From contig NC_003272.1 of assembly GCF_000009705.1 (NCBI RefSeq), positions 1,200,001-1,232,000 of the forward strand: a stretch of 32,000 nt of DNA. The letters are read 5' to 3'. Source of the DNA: Nostoc sp. PCC 7120 = FACHB-418 (lineage in GTDB: Bacteria > Cyanobacteriota > Cyanobacteriia > Cyanobacteriales > Nostocaceae). A program made the translations under genes and the position numbers. The stretch's first letter is position 1, and each line of letters begins with the position of its first letter. Positions 1 to 9,923 of this stretch are shown piece by piece. The notes beneath the pieces are model-generated. The model saw only the letters and a program-made list of their open reading frames with translations. It did no database searches and was not told the origin of the DNA.

Positions 1-140
1 TAGGAATAGTTCTTGGTTTAGGAATGAGGGAGGTATGATACCAATTCAAAATTATATCGGATTCCTATAGAAAAGTCAGTTTTTATCGGGATTTCCGGTT
101 TTAAGTCTGTTTCCCTATTTTGGAGAATTGGTATAAGAGA

Positions 141-908
141 ATGTATGGATTAGATATTAACTTTCTCAAAGACCGCCCAGCTTACCAGTCTAATAACAAG
201 TCCGAGAAAAAACAGGGTATTAAATTGCCATCTGGGAGCTTAATACCAATGTATTTGGGAGTTGGCGTAGGTCTTTGTTTCCCCATATTTGTCGGTGGTG
301 GGTTGTTATTTTTACAGGCGAAAACTGCGGAATTAGAGCAGGCGATCGCCTTACTAGATGAAGAGAGTAAGAAGCTGGATGCAGAAATCGCCAGCATTAC
401 CAAAATCAAGGAACAGACTAGTGCTGTCAAAGCCGACACCCAGAGTTTGGTGATGGTGTTTGACCAGATTCGTCCTTGGTCAGCAATGTTAGAAGATTTG
501 CGCGATCGCATTCCCGCAAGTGTGCAGATTGAAATTGTTAGACAAACGCCACCTACACCCCCAGCCGCAGGACAGCCCCCTGGTAATCCAGCTGGTGGGA
601 TAGAAATTACTGGCTTGGCTCGTTCCTTTAATGATGTCAATGACTTCTTATTACTCTTACAACAATCCCGTTTTTTGAAGTCTGCTGACACCAAAATTAT
701 TACAGCCAGCCTAGCAGATGCGCCAGTACAAGCTGGTAGTGGTAACAGTGCGGGAATTAAACCACCCCAAGTAGTTAAATACACTATTCAATCCAGCCTC
801 AGTGATGTTCCAGCTTCTGAATTAATTCGGGAGTTAGAACAAAAAGGCACTGTCGGACTGGTGACTCGGATTCGAGCTATGCAACAAACAGGAGTCATTA
901 CGAGATGA
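141..908 (+). CDS. pilN: Type IV pilus assembly protein PilN
   Basis: ORF track 120..908. The N-terminus MYGLDINFLKDR is followed by one TM segment (LIPMYLGVGVGLCFPIFVGGGLLFL) and a coiled-coil region, as in PilN/fimbrial assembly proteins. There is an ATGA overlap with the next gene, and pilO and the pilQ secretin follow. ATG at 141 is preferred over the TTG at 120. Confidence 0.8.
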   Translation: MYGLDINFLKDRPAYQSNNKSEKKQGIKLPSGSLIPMYLGVGVGLCFPIFVGGGLLFLQAKTAELEQAIALLDEESKKLDAEIASITKIKEQTSAVKADTQSLVMVFDQIRPWSAMLEDLRDRIPASVQIEIVRQTPPTPPAAGQPPGNPAGGIEITGLARSFNDVNDFLLLLQQSRFLKSADTKIITASLADAPVQAGSGNSAGIKPPQVVKYTIQSSLSDVPASELIRELEQKGTVGLVTRIRAMQQTGVITR

Positions 909-1666
909 CGCTGAGTGAAGATTTAAATTTTGCCGAACAGGCTGCTGATGTAGATGCAGCCGCATCAAATTATCCCGTTGTCTTTGGTATTAGTTTCACA
1001 CCTAAAATCATTGGCATTCTCGTAGGTGTACTGGGTCTAGCAGGCGCTTTGTATATGCTCCTCAATATGGTTATGCCAGCTTGGGATATCTATCAGCAGA
1101 AGCAAGCTCAAAGTGCCGAATTAGAAGGTCAAGTATTGCAAAAAAAAGCCACTGTTAAACAAAAGGGCCAAGTTATGGAAGAACTAGCCCAAGCCAAACA
1201 GCAAAGACAACAGGTTTTAGCTTTATTTGCTGATGAAAAAACCTTAGATACCATGTTGTTGGATCTGAATCGTTTAGTAGAAGGCGGGAATGCTAAAACT
1301 CCTCTCAATGCGGTGAGAGCTAAACTACAAAAATTTGTGCCAGCTATCCAAAAACCAGAGCCTGTTACTGATGGGTCGCTAGGACCAGCAGTTGACGGCA
1401 AGCTGAAACGCTCTAGCGTTAATATCGAAATTATCGGCACTTATGAACAAACACAATCGATTATTCGTAATATAGAACGTTTACAGCCTTTATTAATAGT
1501 TAAAGACTATCAATCAACATTAGCTAACGTACAGGCTACTGATAGGTCAGGCAAACCCATACGCAGGTTAGGCCCAGCACCAATCACCACATCTTTTCAA
1601 CTGCAAGCATTAATGCCCTTAAGTCCTGAGGACGCGGCGGCTGCTCAGGCTGCGCCTAAGAAGTAG
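905..1666 (+). CDS. pilO: Type IV pilus assembly protein PilO
   Basis: 253-aa ORF with one TM segment (IIGILVGVLGLAGALYMLL), a coiled coil and a C-terminal alpha/beta domain. It is translationally coupled to pilN and lies upstream of pilQ. Confidence 0.8.
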   Translation: MTLSEDLNFAEQAADVDAAASNYPVVFGISFTPKIIGILVGVLGLAGALYMLLNMVMPAWDIYQQKQAQSAELEGQVLQKKATVKQKGQVMEELAQAKQQRQQVLALFADEKTLDTMLLDLNRLVEGGNAKTPLNAVRAKLQKFVPAIQKPEPVTDGSLGPAVDGKLKRSSVNIEIIGTYEQTQSIIRNIERLQPLLIVKDYQSTLANVQATDRSGKPIRRLGPAPITTSFQLQALMPLSPEDAAAAQAAPKK

Positions 1667-1693
1667 GGAGCAGGGGGCAGGGAGCAGGGGGAG
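1667..1693. repeat. STRR-like G-rich tandem repeat (GGGAGCA/GGGGGCA units)
   Basis: The sequence gggagcagggggcagggagcagggggag lies directly after the pilO stop codon. The same unit family occurs at 6328, 13040-13096, 19912-19962 (complement) and 31388-31446 (complement). Confidence 0.8.
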
Positions 1694-1775
1694 AAATCTT
1701 ATTCAATACTCTCTACTCAGCAGTTTTTACTTCGATATTTTTAGTTACAAGACTTTATTAGGTGAGGAATGAACT

Positions 1776-4247
1776 GTGAAACACGTTCATGGTAATGGTT
1801 TAGTTTTAGGTGCTGCTGCTTTCGTATTTTTGGCAGCACAGCCCGTGTCGGCGCAAACCACACAAATTACAGAAGTCAAGCTAAATCCAGGCAATGGTGG
1901 ACTTAGCGTTGTTTTAAAAACTTCTGCCGGTTCTCGTCCACAAGTTTTTACAACAAAAAGAGGCAAGGCTTTAGTTGCAGATATTATTAATACGCAACTA
2001 AGACTTCCACAAGGTAATAACTTTCGGCAAGATAAGCCTGCTGCGGGAATTGCTTCCGTTGAGGTTGTGCAACTAGATGCTAATAGCATCCGCGTCATCG
2101 TCACTGGTGATAGCGACGCACCGACTAGCCAACCTGTCATCCGTCAACAAGATGGCATCACCCTCAGCTTAACGCCATCAACAGGCACTACAGCATCAGC
2201 ACCAGTCACCCCCAGACCACCAGTTTCTACAACACCACCAGCTTCTACCCCAGCACAAACAGGTGTAGTCCCCAATGTGCTTGTACCTAATCCACAAGTG
2301 ACAATTGATGGCAAACCAGCCCAGCCTGCTGGCCCCGGACAGCCATTAAGTCAAGCGCCGCCGTTCTTACCTAGAGCCGTTGCACCTCCTGTTGGGGATA
2401 TTGCTATTTCTGCGACTGATGCTTCTCCCAGTACTATAGATTTAGGTACTCAGGAACGTGTACCTCGTCTGGTGTTGCGCGATGCACCGGTTAGAGAAGT
2501 TTTATCATTGCTGGCTCGTGCTGCTAACTTAAACTTGGCTTATATAAGTGATGGAGTTGGTGGGACACCTGCGGCTGGAGGTCAAGGTATCTCGCAAACA
2601 ATCTCGCTAGATATAGAAAATGAGCCAGTGCAAGATGTGTTTAACTATGTCTTGCGTCTGAGTGGTTTAGAGGCTAACCGCAGTAATAGGACAATTTTTG
2701 TCGGGCCGAAATTACCTAACTCCACCCGTGATGTGGTGATGCGTAACCTGCGACTCAATCAGGTAAATGTAGGAGTTGCTTTAAATTTCTTGGTTGGCTT
2801 AGGGGCTGAAACTGCCGTTAGCCGTGAACGTCAAGTTACCAATGTCAATGCTGTACCGGTAGGGACTGGAGTTGCCCCTATCACCCAAACCCAAACAACC
2901 ACAGAAACTAGAGTCGAAACACAAAGAATTAATTTTCAAGACTCTAATCCATTACTGAGAGGTTTACAAGCATTGGGAGACGAGCGGACAAATTCTCTCA
3001 CCTTAATTGGCCCTCCCAAGCTAGTTGAAATGGCAATGAATCAACTCACTCAGCTTGATATTCGCCGTCGTCAAGTGGTAGTTAACGTCAAAATTATTGA
3101 TGTTAATCTGAGTAACACCCAAGACAATAATGCCAGCCTTTCTTTTGGCATTGGGAATAATTACTTCAGTAGCGATGGAGGTGCGGCATCACTAAATATT
3201 GGTGGTCTTAATCCACCTAGTGCTGGGAATGTGCGTAATAGTCTCAACCCAACCGTGACGACTAATCCTTATAGTAGTGGTAATACTTTCCTCGATTTGA
3301 CTCAATCTGTTGGACCGGTTCCAGATACGGGAGTAGACACTAGAAATATCACTATCAACAATCCAGGTGGAGGCTCTATTACTGAGACACAGGGTCAGGA
3401 TCTAAACTTTGTACAGAGAAGAGCAGGGATTTCAGGAGATCCATTTGAAACTGGAATTACCGCCGTTACTCAAGGAACACCAAACATTATCAGAAGAACT
3501 ACTACTACTGATCCAACAACAGGAGCAGTAACCGAAACAACAACAGTTACCGAAGGAACTCGTGGATCTATAACTGCTGCGCTACCTAGCCTATTCCAGT
3601 ACCCAAAACGTCTTCTCGCTAACTTGCAAGCGCAAGTTACAAATGGTAATGCGAAGATATTGACTGACCCAACCTTAATTGTGCAAGAAGGTCAAACAGC
3701 TAATGTTAAACTGACGCAGGAAGTGGTGGGAAACATAACGAGCGAAACAACTCGTGGTGATGGTGCTTCTACACAAACTGTGACAGCAGAGAAAACAGAT
3801 GTAGGTTTAACCTTAGCAGTCAAAATTGATCGGATTGATGACAATGGTTTTGTTTCCTTGTCAGTTGCTCCTGTTGTCAAAGCTCCCCAATCTTCAGCTG
3901 TAATTAATGTTTCAGGTAATAGCCAAACCATATTTTTGGTGTCTGAGCGCTCCCTTAATTCAGGTATGATTCGTCTCAGAGATGGCCAAACGCTAATTCT
4001 TTCAGGCATCATTCAAGACCAAGACAGAACAAGTGTATCTAAGATTCCTATCTTGGGTGATATTCCGCTTATTGGTTCTTTGTTTAGAAAGACAAACAGA
4101 ACCAATGAGCGTAGAGAGGTAATTGTACTTCTGACACCTCAAGTTATGGATGACTCTCAAAACTCTTCTTACGGTTATAACTATTCCCCCAGTCCAGAGG
4201 TGCGGCAAATGCTTGAGCGCCGTGGTTTAAATACTCCCAGGAGGTAA
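1776..4247 (+). CDS. pilQ: Type IV pilus secretin PilQ (AMIN domain plus secretin)
   Basis: GTG start preceded by GAGGA. Signal peptide MKHVHGNGLVLGAAAFVFLAAQPVSAQ, an AMIN-like N-terminal domain, a Pro/Thr-rich linker, and a C-terminal secretin signature (ILTDPTLIVQEGQTANV ... VSKIPILGDIPLIGSLFR ... REVIVLLTPQV). Confidence 0.9.
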   Translation: MKHVHGNGLVLGAAAFVFLAAQPVSAQTTQITEVKLNPGNGGLSVVLKTSAGSRPQVFTTKRGKALVADIINTQLRLPQGNNFRQDKPAAGIASVEVVQLDANSIRVIVTGDSDAPTSQPVIRQQDGITLSLTPSTGTTASAPVTPRPPVSTTPPASTPAQTGVVPNVLVPNPQVTIDGKPAQPAGPGQPLSQAPPFLPRAVAPPVGDIAISATDASPSTIDLGTQERVPRLVLRDAPVREVLSLLARAANLNLAYISDGVGGTPAAGGQGISQTISLDIENEPVQDVFNYVLRLSGLEANRSNRTIFVGPKLPNSTRDVVMRNLRLNQVNVGVALNFLVGLGAETAVSRERQVTNVNAVPVGTGVAPITQTQTTTETRVETQRINFQDSNPLLRGLQALGDERTNSLTLIGPPKLVEMAMNQLTQLDIRRRQVVVNVKIIDVNLSNTQDNNASLSFGIGNNYFSSDGGAASLNIGGLNPPSAGNVRNSLNPTVTTNPYSSGNTFLDLTQSVGPVPDTGVDTRNITINNPGGGSITETQGQDLNFVQRRAGISGDPFETGITAVTQGTPNIIRRTTTTDPTTGAVTETTTVTEGTRGSITAALPSLFQYPKRLLANLQAQVTNGNAKILTDPTLIVQEGQTANVKLTQEVVGNITSETTRGDGASTQTVTAEKTDVGLTLAVKIDRIDDNGFVSLSVAPVVKAPQSSAVINVSGNSQTIFLVSERSLNSGMIRLRDGQTLILSGIIQDQDRTSVSKIPILGDIPLIGSLFRKTNRTNERREVIVLLTPQVMDDSQNSSYGYNYSPSPEVRQMLERRGLNTPRR

Positions 4248-4332
4248 GATAGTGTACCAATTCGTAACTTCCAATGCTACCTGGGGCGTTGGCGAATTGG
4301 TATTGGTAATATAATTTGAATTTCTAGACTAG

Positions 4333-4370
4333 CCACAAGCCTTTGAGCTTTGTGGTATCTTTTTTTGTTT
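4333..4370 (+). terminator. Rho-independent terminator candidate for pilQ
   Basis: Stem CCACAAGC / GC(T)TTGTGG (8 bp with one bulge) and a 6-nt loop, followed by TATCTTTTTTTGTTT. Confidence 0.6.
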
Positions 4371-4382
4371 ATAGGTTGCTAA

Positions 4383-4411
4383 ATACCCGACTTTTTGAAA
4401 AAGCCGGGTAT
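4383..4411. terminator. 29-nt near-perfect palindrome abutting the GNAT stop codon (possible terminator of the minus-strand gene)
   Basis: In atacccgactttttgaaaaagccgggtat, ATACCCG pairs with CGGGTAT and CTTTTT with AAAAAG, with one mismatch. No clear U-tract on either strand. Confidence 0.4.
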
Positions 4412-4915
4412 CTAAACAGAAAAGTTTAGGTAGTAAATGAGTTCATCAGTTGGCTTTCCTTTGAGCAACTCTGCGTTTTTATTCACTTTCTGCAACTCAA
4501 AACCAAGCTTTTCTAGGACTTTACGGGAGGCGATATTATATTCGTTGACTGATGCGTGTAGTGAGGGAAGGGAAAAGCGTTTTTGGGTTTGAGCGATCGC
4601 CTCTAAACAATAAAGGGTAGCATATCCTTGTCTCTGGAAATCTACGAAGGTCATAAAGCCAATTTCTGCATATAGATCATCAAAAATTCCTATTTCTACA
4701 AGACCTACATACTGATTTTGGGGGTTTACAGCCGCCCATTTCAGCCAAATCATGGTTTCATTATCGGGCGATTTTTCTAAGGCAGCAAACCGGAAATTGT
4801 GCTGCACTTCTACCTGGGTGGGAATTTGCTCCTCTAGATATTCATACATCCGTGGATCACTGATGTACTGGTAGAGGATTGCGGCGTGTTGTTCTGTAAC
4901 TTTTTCTAAACGCAA
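4412..4915 (-). CDS. GNAT family N-acetyltransferase
   Basis: 167-aa ORF with an acetyl-CoA binding-type motif (FQRQGYATLYCLEAIA) and the C-terminal NxxSxxVLEKLGF motif typical of RimJ/RimL-like GNATs. Confidence 0.8.
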   Translation of the reverse strand: MRLEKVTEQHAAILYQYISDPRMYEYLEEQIPTQVEVQHNFRFAALEKSPDNETMIWLKWAAVNPQNQYVGLVEIGIFDDLYAEIGFMTFVDFQRQGYATLYCLEAIAQTQKRFSLPSLHASVNEYNIASRKVLEKLGFELQKVNKNAELLKGKPTDELIYYLNFSV

Positions 4916-5014
4916 GATGATACTAATTCAATATTCAAAATTCAGAAAGCCTTAATTCATTTACTGTACTGGATGGCAAAGTTCTGAATCAAGTTTATTG
5001 GCTTTTATCCTGAC

Positions 5015-5341
5015 TCATAGGGATATCACGATTTCAGCCGCTTGGTCTGGTGCATGACGAGGGCGAAGATGTAATGTGATTTCCGTATCGAGTCGCTTGA
5101 GGAAAATGAGAAGTTTGCCCTCGCTGAACCGTTGAAACTCTCCTTTCATTAGATGAGATACTTCTGACTGGGGAATGCCAAGAAGTTCACTAATTTCACG
5201 CTGTTTCAGATTGCGTTGTTTCAAGAGGTGAAGTACCTGAATCCCTATTTTGCCCCGCGTAAAAAGTTCCGAAGCATTCGACAAACCGAGGTCAGCGAAT
5301 ACGTTACCACTACTTTCTTCAAAAACTGGTTCCTGTGTCAT
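5015..5341 (-). CDS. XRE-family helix-turn-helix antitoxin (HigA-like)
   Basis: 108 aa with an HTH core (LKQREISELLGIPQSEVSHLMKG). Its ATG overlaps the stop of the upstream toxin gene in ATGA (5338..5341). Confidence 0.8.
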   Translation of the reverse strand: MTQEPVFEESSGNVFADLGLSNASELFTRGKIGIQVLHLLKQRNLKQREISELLGIPQSEVSHLMKGEFQRFSEGKLLIFLKRLDTEITLHLRPRHAPDQAAEIVISL

Positions 5342-5709
5342 TCTTGCTTCTCTCTTGCCACTGCGTCTTTATAGCGTTGTTTGATCAGATCAACATCAGC
5401 TAGTGGAGTTTTAATCCCCTGCTTTGATTTCTTTTGAAAAGCGTGCAGGACATAAATTTTCTCCCCAATCTTTACTGCATAGACTGCTCTGTAAGTATCT
5501 GTATCGTATCGTTTGACGATTTCATACACGCCACTTCCAACCCCTTTAAAAGGCTTGGCATCCATTGGTGTTTCTCCTGCTTGCACCAATTGCAGAGCAT
5601 AACCTACTGATGCACGCACCTCTTCAGGAAATGATCGGATATTTTTGAGAGAGTCTCCCATCCAAACGAGAGGTCGTAAAGGAATTTCCGTAATATCCTC
5701 ATCATCCAT
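5338..5709 (-). CDS. RelE/ParE-superfamily toxin, phage Gp49-like (HigB-like)
   Basis: 123 aa. The sequence ...FPEEVRASVGYALQLVQAGETPMDAKPFKGVGSGVYEIVKRYDTDTYRAVYAVKIGEKIYVLHAFQKKS... fits the Gp49/DUF891 toxin pattern. The toxin-first gene order is as in HigBA modules. Confidence 0.8.
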   Translation of the reverse strand: MDDEDITEIPLRPLVWMGDSLKNIRSFPEEVRASVGYALQLVQAGETPMDAKPFKGVGSGVYEIVKRYDTDTYRAVYAVKIGEKIYVLHAFQKKSKQGIKTPLADVDLIKQRYKDAVAREKQE

Positions 5710-5855
5710 TTTATATGAAATTTCCTATAAATAAAACAAGTCAGACAATAGCATGAAATGTCCACCACACTATTTTTCTTGACTGTAATATTTTCATAAT
5801 TCACATTGAGTTGAGGAATTTGGCTTTTTACTTTCTACTTTTGCAATGTTTCTCT

Positions 5856-6296
5856 TCAAGAACTAAATTTAGACATATTAACGTTTTCGTTCAGTCCGCG
5901 AATCAGGCGAGATAGTTCACGGATAATATTCACAGCGATTTCGGGAGTCTCTTCAATGGCATCATATAGTTGCTCTTGGGTTAATTCCAAAAATTCGCAG
6001 GGTTCTATGGTCGTTACAGAGGCGGAACGGGGTTGAGTATCAAATACTGCCATTTCCCCAAAGTATTTTCCCTGGTCTACTTCTGCTAGTTGTTTATCGC
6101 CAATATGAACTTTGACTCTACCAGACACAATAATATATAGCGATCGCCCCTCTTCCCCTTGTCTAAAAATTGTATGATTGGCGGGAAATTGCAATTCGTG
6201 CATCACTGAGGTTAGCCGCACAATAAAGTCATCCCGCAATTCTTTAAAAATCGGGACTCGTCGTACAAATAATAAACGGTCAACGCTACTGAGCAT
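5856..6296 (-). CDS. Cyclic nucleotide-binding domain protein (stand-alone CAP-effector domain)
   Basis: 146 aa with the cNMP-binding beta-barrel signature (IFRQGEEGRSLYIIVSGRVKV ... GKYFGEMAVFDTQPRSASV). No DNA-binding domain is attached. Confidence 0.8.
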   Translation of the reverse strand: MLSSVDRLLFVRRVPIFKELRDDFIVRLTSVMHELQFPANHTIFRQGEEGRSLYIIVSGRVKVHIGDKQLAEVDQGKYFGEMAVFDTQPRSASVTTIEPCEFLELTQEQLYDAIEETPEIAVNIIRELSRLIRGLNENVNMSKFSS

Positions 6297-6327
6297 AGTT
6301 AATGGTCATTGGTTATTCTTCTTTGTT

Positions 6328-6358
6328 CCCCTCTGCTCCCTGCCCCCTGCCCCCGCTC
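6328..6358. repeat. STRR-like C-rich tandem repeat (complement of the GGGAGCA family)
   Basis: The sequence cccctctgctccctgccccctgcccccgctc lies just upstream of the cNMP-binding gene start. TGGTCAT/TGGTTAT units sit at 6303..6316. Confidence 0.7.
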
Positions 6359-6495
6359 TCTTTTTCAAGCCAGTATAAGCTAAAGATTCATTTAAGCCAG
6401 CAGCATAATTACCAGGGAAATTCATAATAAAGAAGAAGGTAAAGGAAAAATTCCTGATTACCTATGCCCAGAGTAATTAATTTAGCTGCCCAAGA

Positions 6496-9400
6496 ATGTT
6501 TTGGAAATGGTGCTTTCGACTCTCAATAGTCTTTGTAGGACTTTGGCTACTCTTGGATTTGAGTTCCCGCTTGGGAGCAGAAGTTTTTTGGTTTCGAGAA
6601 GTTGGTTATCTGCAAGTATTTCTCCTACGGCTGGTGAGTCGAGGGGTTTTATGGGTGGTTGCTGCGGGTGTAACTGCTGTTTATCTGTGGGGAAATTTAG
6701 CTTTGGCGCAACGGCTAAAGTATCCCCGGTCTTTGAAGATTGCGGAGGTTAGGCGAGAAGAAGCAGAGTTGAGTGTGGGACTGAAAAACTTTCTCAGTCC
6801 TCAATATTCTCGGCTGAATGCGCCTAAGATTAATGATGCTGGACACTTAAAACCTTTCAGATTGCGTTGGCTGCTACCCTTGGCTTTTGTCTTCAGTTTA
6901 TTGGCAGGGTTAATTTTAGTTCACTATGGAAAGATAGCTCTGGCTTACTGGTATCCGGCTTTTAACAAAAATAGTTTACCGATAATTACCCCATTTCGCT
7001 TAGAAACTATCTGGGAACTGGGCAGGCAAGTTTTTTCCCAAGTTTTATATCTAGGTTTGATTGTCGGAATAGCGATCGCTATTCTTATTTACTCACAATT
7101 TTTCCTCAGGGCGATCGCTGTTGTTCTCAGTGTTGTGTTTGGGACAATTCTGTTTTACAACTGGGCAAAGGTTTTACAGTATTTCTTTCCTACACCCTTC
7201 AACAGCACTGAGCCTTTATTTGGGAAAGATATCAGCTTTTATATATTTTCCCTGCCATTGTGGGAACTGTTAGAACTCTGGTTGATGGGGATGTTTTTGT
7301 ACGGCTTTATTGCTGTGACTCTGACTTATCTCCTCTCAGCCGACAGTCTCAGTCAAGGAATTTTCCCTGGTTTTTCACCCCAGCAGCAACGCCATCTCTA
7401 CGGTATGGGTGGTTTATTAATGTTGATGGTGGCTTTTAGCTATTAGCTGAGTCGTTATGAGTTGGTTTATTCGCCTCGTGGGGTGAGTTATGGCGCTAGT
7501 TACACAGATGTGGTCGTACAGTTACCAATCTATAACATCTTATGTGTTCTCGGATTAGCGATCGCATTTTATCTGTTGTGGCGGACAATTTTTTGGCGCG
7601 CTAAGTCTCAGTATCGCCAATTTGTCTTTTACGGATTGGGTGCTTATTTGTTTGTGGTTGTGGCAGCAGGCTCTGTCTTACCTACAATAGTCCAGTATTT
7701 GATTGTCCAGCCTAACGAATTACAACGGGAACAAACATACATTCAACGTACAATTGCCTTGACTAGGCAAGCATTTGGTTTAGAAACAATTGATGCCAGA
7801 ACTTTCAACCCCCAAGGAGATTTAACTACAGCCGCTATCCAAGCTAATGATTTAACGATTCGCAACATTCGTCTGTGGGATCAACGACCATTATTAGAAA
7901 CTAACCGCCAACTGCAACAATTCCGCCCTTACTATCGCTTTCCCGACGCAGATATCGACCGCTACACCTTAGAAGCGGAAGCAGCCGCAAATAGACCAGC
8001 CAGTGCTAACCAGTCGCCAGCACCAGCAGAAATTGCAGCAACGGAACGGCGACAGGTATTAATTGCAGCCAGGGAACTAGATTACAGTGCAGTCCCAGAG
8101 CAGGCGCAAACATGGATCAACCAGCATTTAATTTATACCCACGGTTACGGGTTTACCATGAGTCCGGTCAATACGGTTGGGCCTGGTGGACTACCAGAAT
8201 ACTTTGTAAAAGATATTGCTGGTAGTAATGAGGGCGCACTCTCTACTTCCAGTGAAGCGGTTCGTGACAGTATTCCCATTGGGCAACCCCGGATTTATTA
8301 CGGTGAAATCACTAATACCTATGTAATGACTGGTACAAGGGTGAGGGAGTTGGACTATCCCAGTGGTAGCGATAATGCTTACAATTCCTATAGTGGTCTT
8401 GGTGGTATAGTCATAGGTTCTGGTTGGCGAAAGGGACTATTTGCCATGTATTTAAAAGATTGGCAAATGTTGTTTACACGGGATTTTCTACCAGAGACAA
8501 AAGTATTATTTCGTCGCAATGTCAAAAGCAGGATTCAGGCGATCGCACCTTTTTTAAAATTTGACAGTGACCCCTATTTAGTTTCTGCTGATGGTAGTCC
8601 TGCCTTTTCTGGACGAGATAACTACTTGTATTGGATGGTTGATGCTTATACAACGAGCGATCGCTATCCTTACTCTGACCCCGATAATAACGGCATCAAT
8701 TACATTCGTAACTCTGTCAAAATAGTTATTGATGCTTACAATGGCAGTGTTAAATTTTACATTGCCGATCCCACAGATCCCATTATTGCTACTTGGTCAG
8801 CTATATTTCCGGGTATGTTTCAGCCACTCAGCGATATGCCAGTTACTCTCCGCAGCCATATCCGCTATCCCTTAGATTACTTTGCCATTCAATCTGAGCG
8901 GTTAATGACCTATCACATGACTGATACCCAAGTATTTTACAACCGGGAAGACCAATGGCAAATTCCCAATGAAATTTATGGCAGTGAAAGCCGTCCAGTA
9001 GAACCTTATTATTTGATTACTAGTTTACCTACGGTTCCTTTTGAAGAATTTATCCTCCTGTTACCCTACACTCCCAAACAACGGACTAACTTGATTGCTT
9101 GGTTAGCAGCGCGATCGGATGGTGAGAACTACGGTAAATTGTTACTGTATAATTTTCCTAAGGAACGCCTTGTATACGGAACAGAGCAAATAGAAGCACG
9201 TATTAACCAAGATCCAGTGATTTCCCAGCAAATTTCCTTATGGAATCGTCAGGGTTCGAGGGCAATTCAAGGAAATTTGTTAGTAATTCCCATCGAACAA
9301 TCTCTGCTCTACGTGGAACCAATTTACCTGGAAGCAACACAAAATAGCTTACCAACTCTAGTGCGGGTAGTCGTAGCTTACGAAAACCGCATTGTCATGG

Positions 9401-9504
9401 CACAGACTTTGGAACAAGCTTTACAGGCTATCTTTCAACCAGAAGTTACACCAGCACCAGCCATTATTCGTCCTTTTGAAGAAGGTACTACCCCTGATTC
9501 GTGA
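6496..9504 (+). pseudogene. UPF0182 family membrane protein interrupted by a single in-frame TAG (7444..7446)
   Basis: ORFs 6496..7446 (multi-TM N-terminal part) and 7462..9504 (large soluble part) are in the same frame. They are separated only by the TAG plus five sense codons before the track's TTG. Together they make a polypeptide of about 1000 aa, the usual size for this family. Confidence 0.6.
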
Positions 9505-9675
9505 CTATCAAAATTTCAATTATAAAGAAAACATTAAGTATATGTACTCATATATCTTTTGAGGGAAGTTAAATAATCTTAATATTTGCAAAAATAAAAG
9601 TTATCAGCCGATTTCTACCTAAATTTGCAAAATTAGCTCTTTAGAGTCTTCACGCTCATGCAAGGCAAGTTTTTT

Positions 9676-9900
9676 ATGTCCCAGGAAGAAAAGGAGAAGC
9701 TGTTTCATACACAGTTAGTCAAGTATGGAGTGAGATATGAAAAAGCTGCAAGAGTGGCGACGATTTTAGCCTCTGGGAAACTGGAGGAGGTATTGACAGA
9801 AGAAGAGAAGCGGCTCGTCACCGAAGCTTGTCAACAGTGGCTTCAAGGACACAAACGCCATAAACAGATCGTCTCTCTGTTCAAATATATTAAAAGTTAG
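9676..9900 (+). CDS. Hypothetical small protein
   Basis: ORF 9658..9900. The internal ATG at 9676 gives MSQEEKEKLF... No recognisable motif. Coding status rests only on ORF length and position. Confidence 0.35.
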   Translation: MSQEEKEKLFHTQLVKYGVRYEKAARVATILASGKLEEVLTEEEKRLVTEACQQWLQGHKRHKQIVSLFKYIKS

Positions 9901-9923
9901 ATATTAAGCAATACCTATGGCTG

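Noticed and set aside
1-119. Possible 3' end of pilM at the left edge (the window begins with TAG).
   Set aside because: Too little sequence to judge. The first 119 nt contain no interpretable coding signal.
182-784. Long antisense ORFs opposite real genes: 182..784, 1129..1440, 1787..2140, 3692..4012, 10101..10388, 11990..12301, 12508..12810, 13592..13912, 20574..20939, 24349..24696 and 25560..25868.
   Set aside because: Each lies entirely inside a gene with a strong family signature on the other strand. Each has a Cys/Arg/Ser-rich or low-complexity translation and no start context. They are shadow ORFs.
5604-5804. 66-aa minus-strand ORF overlapping the 5' end of the HigB-like toxin gene.
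   Set aside because: It is in a different frame from the toxin, has an AT-rich low-complexity translation, and extends into the promoter region. Most likely spurious.
6501-6752. 83-aa ORF in an alternative frame at the start of the UPF0182 gene.
   Set aside because: It overlaps the membrane-domain frame, which has the expected hydrophobic periodicity. No independent support.
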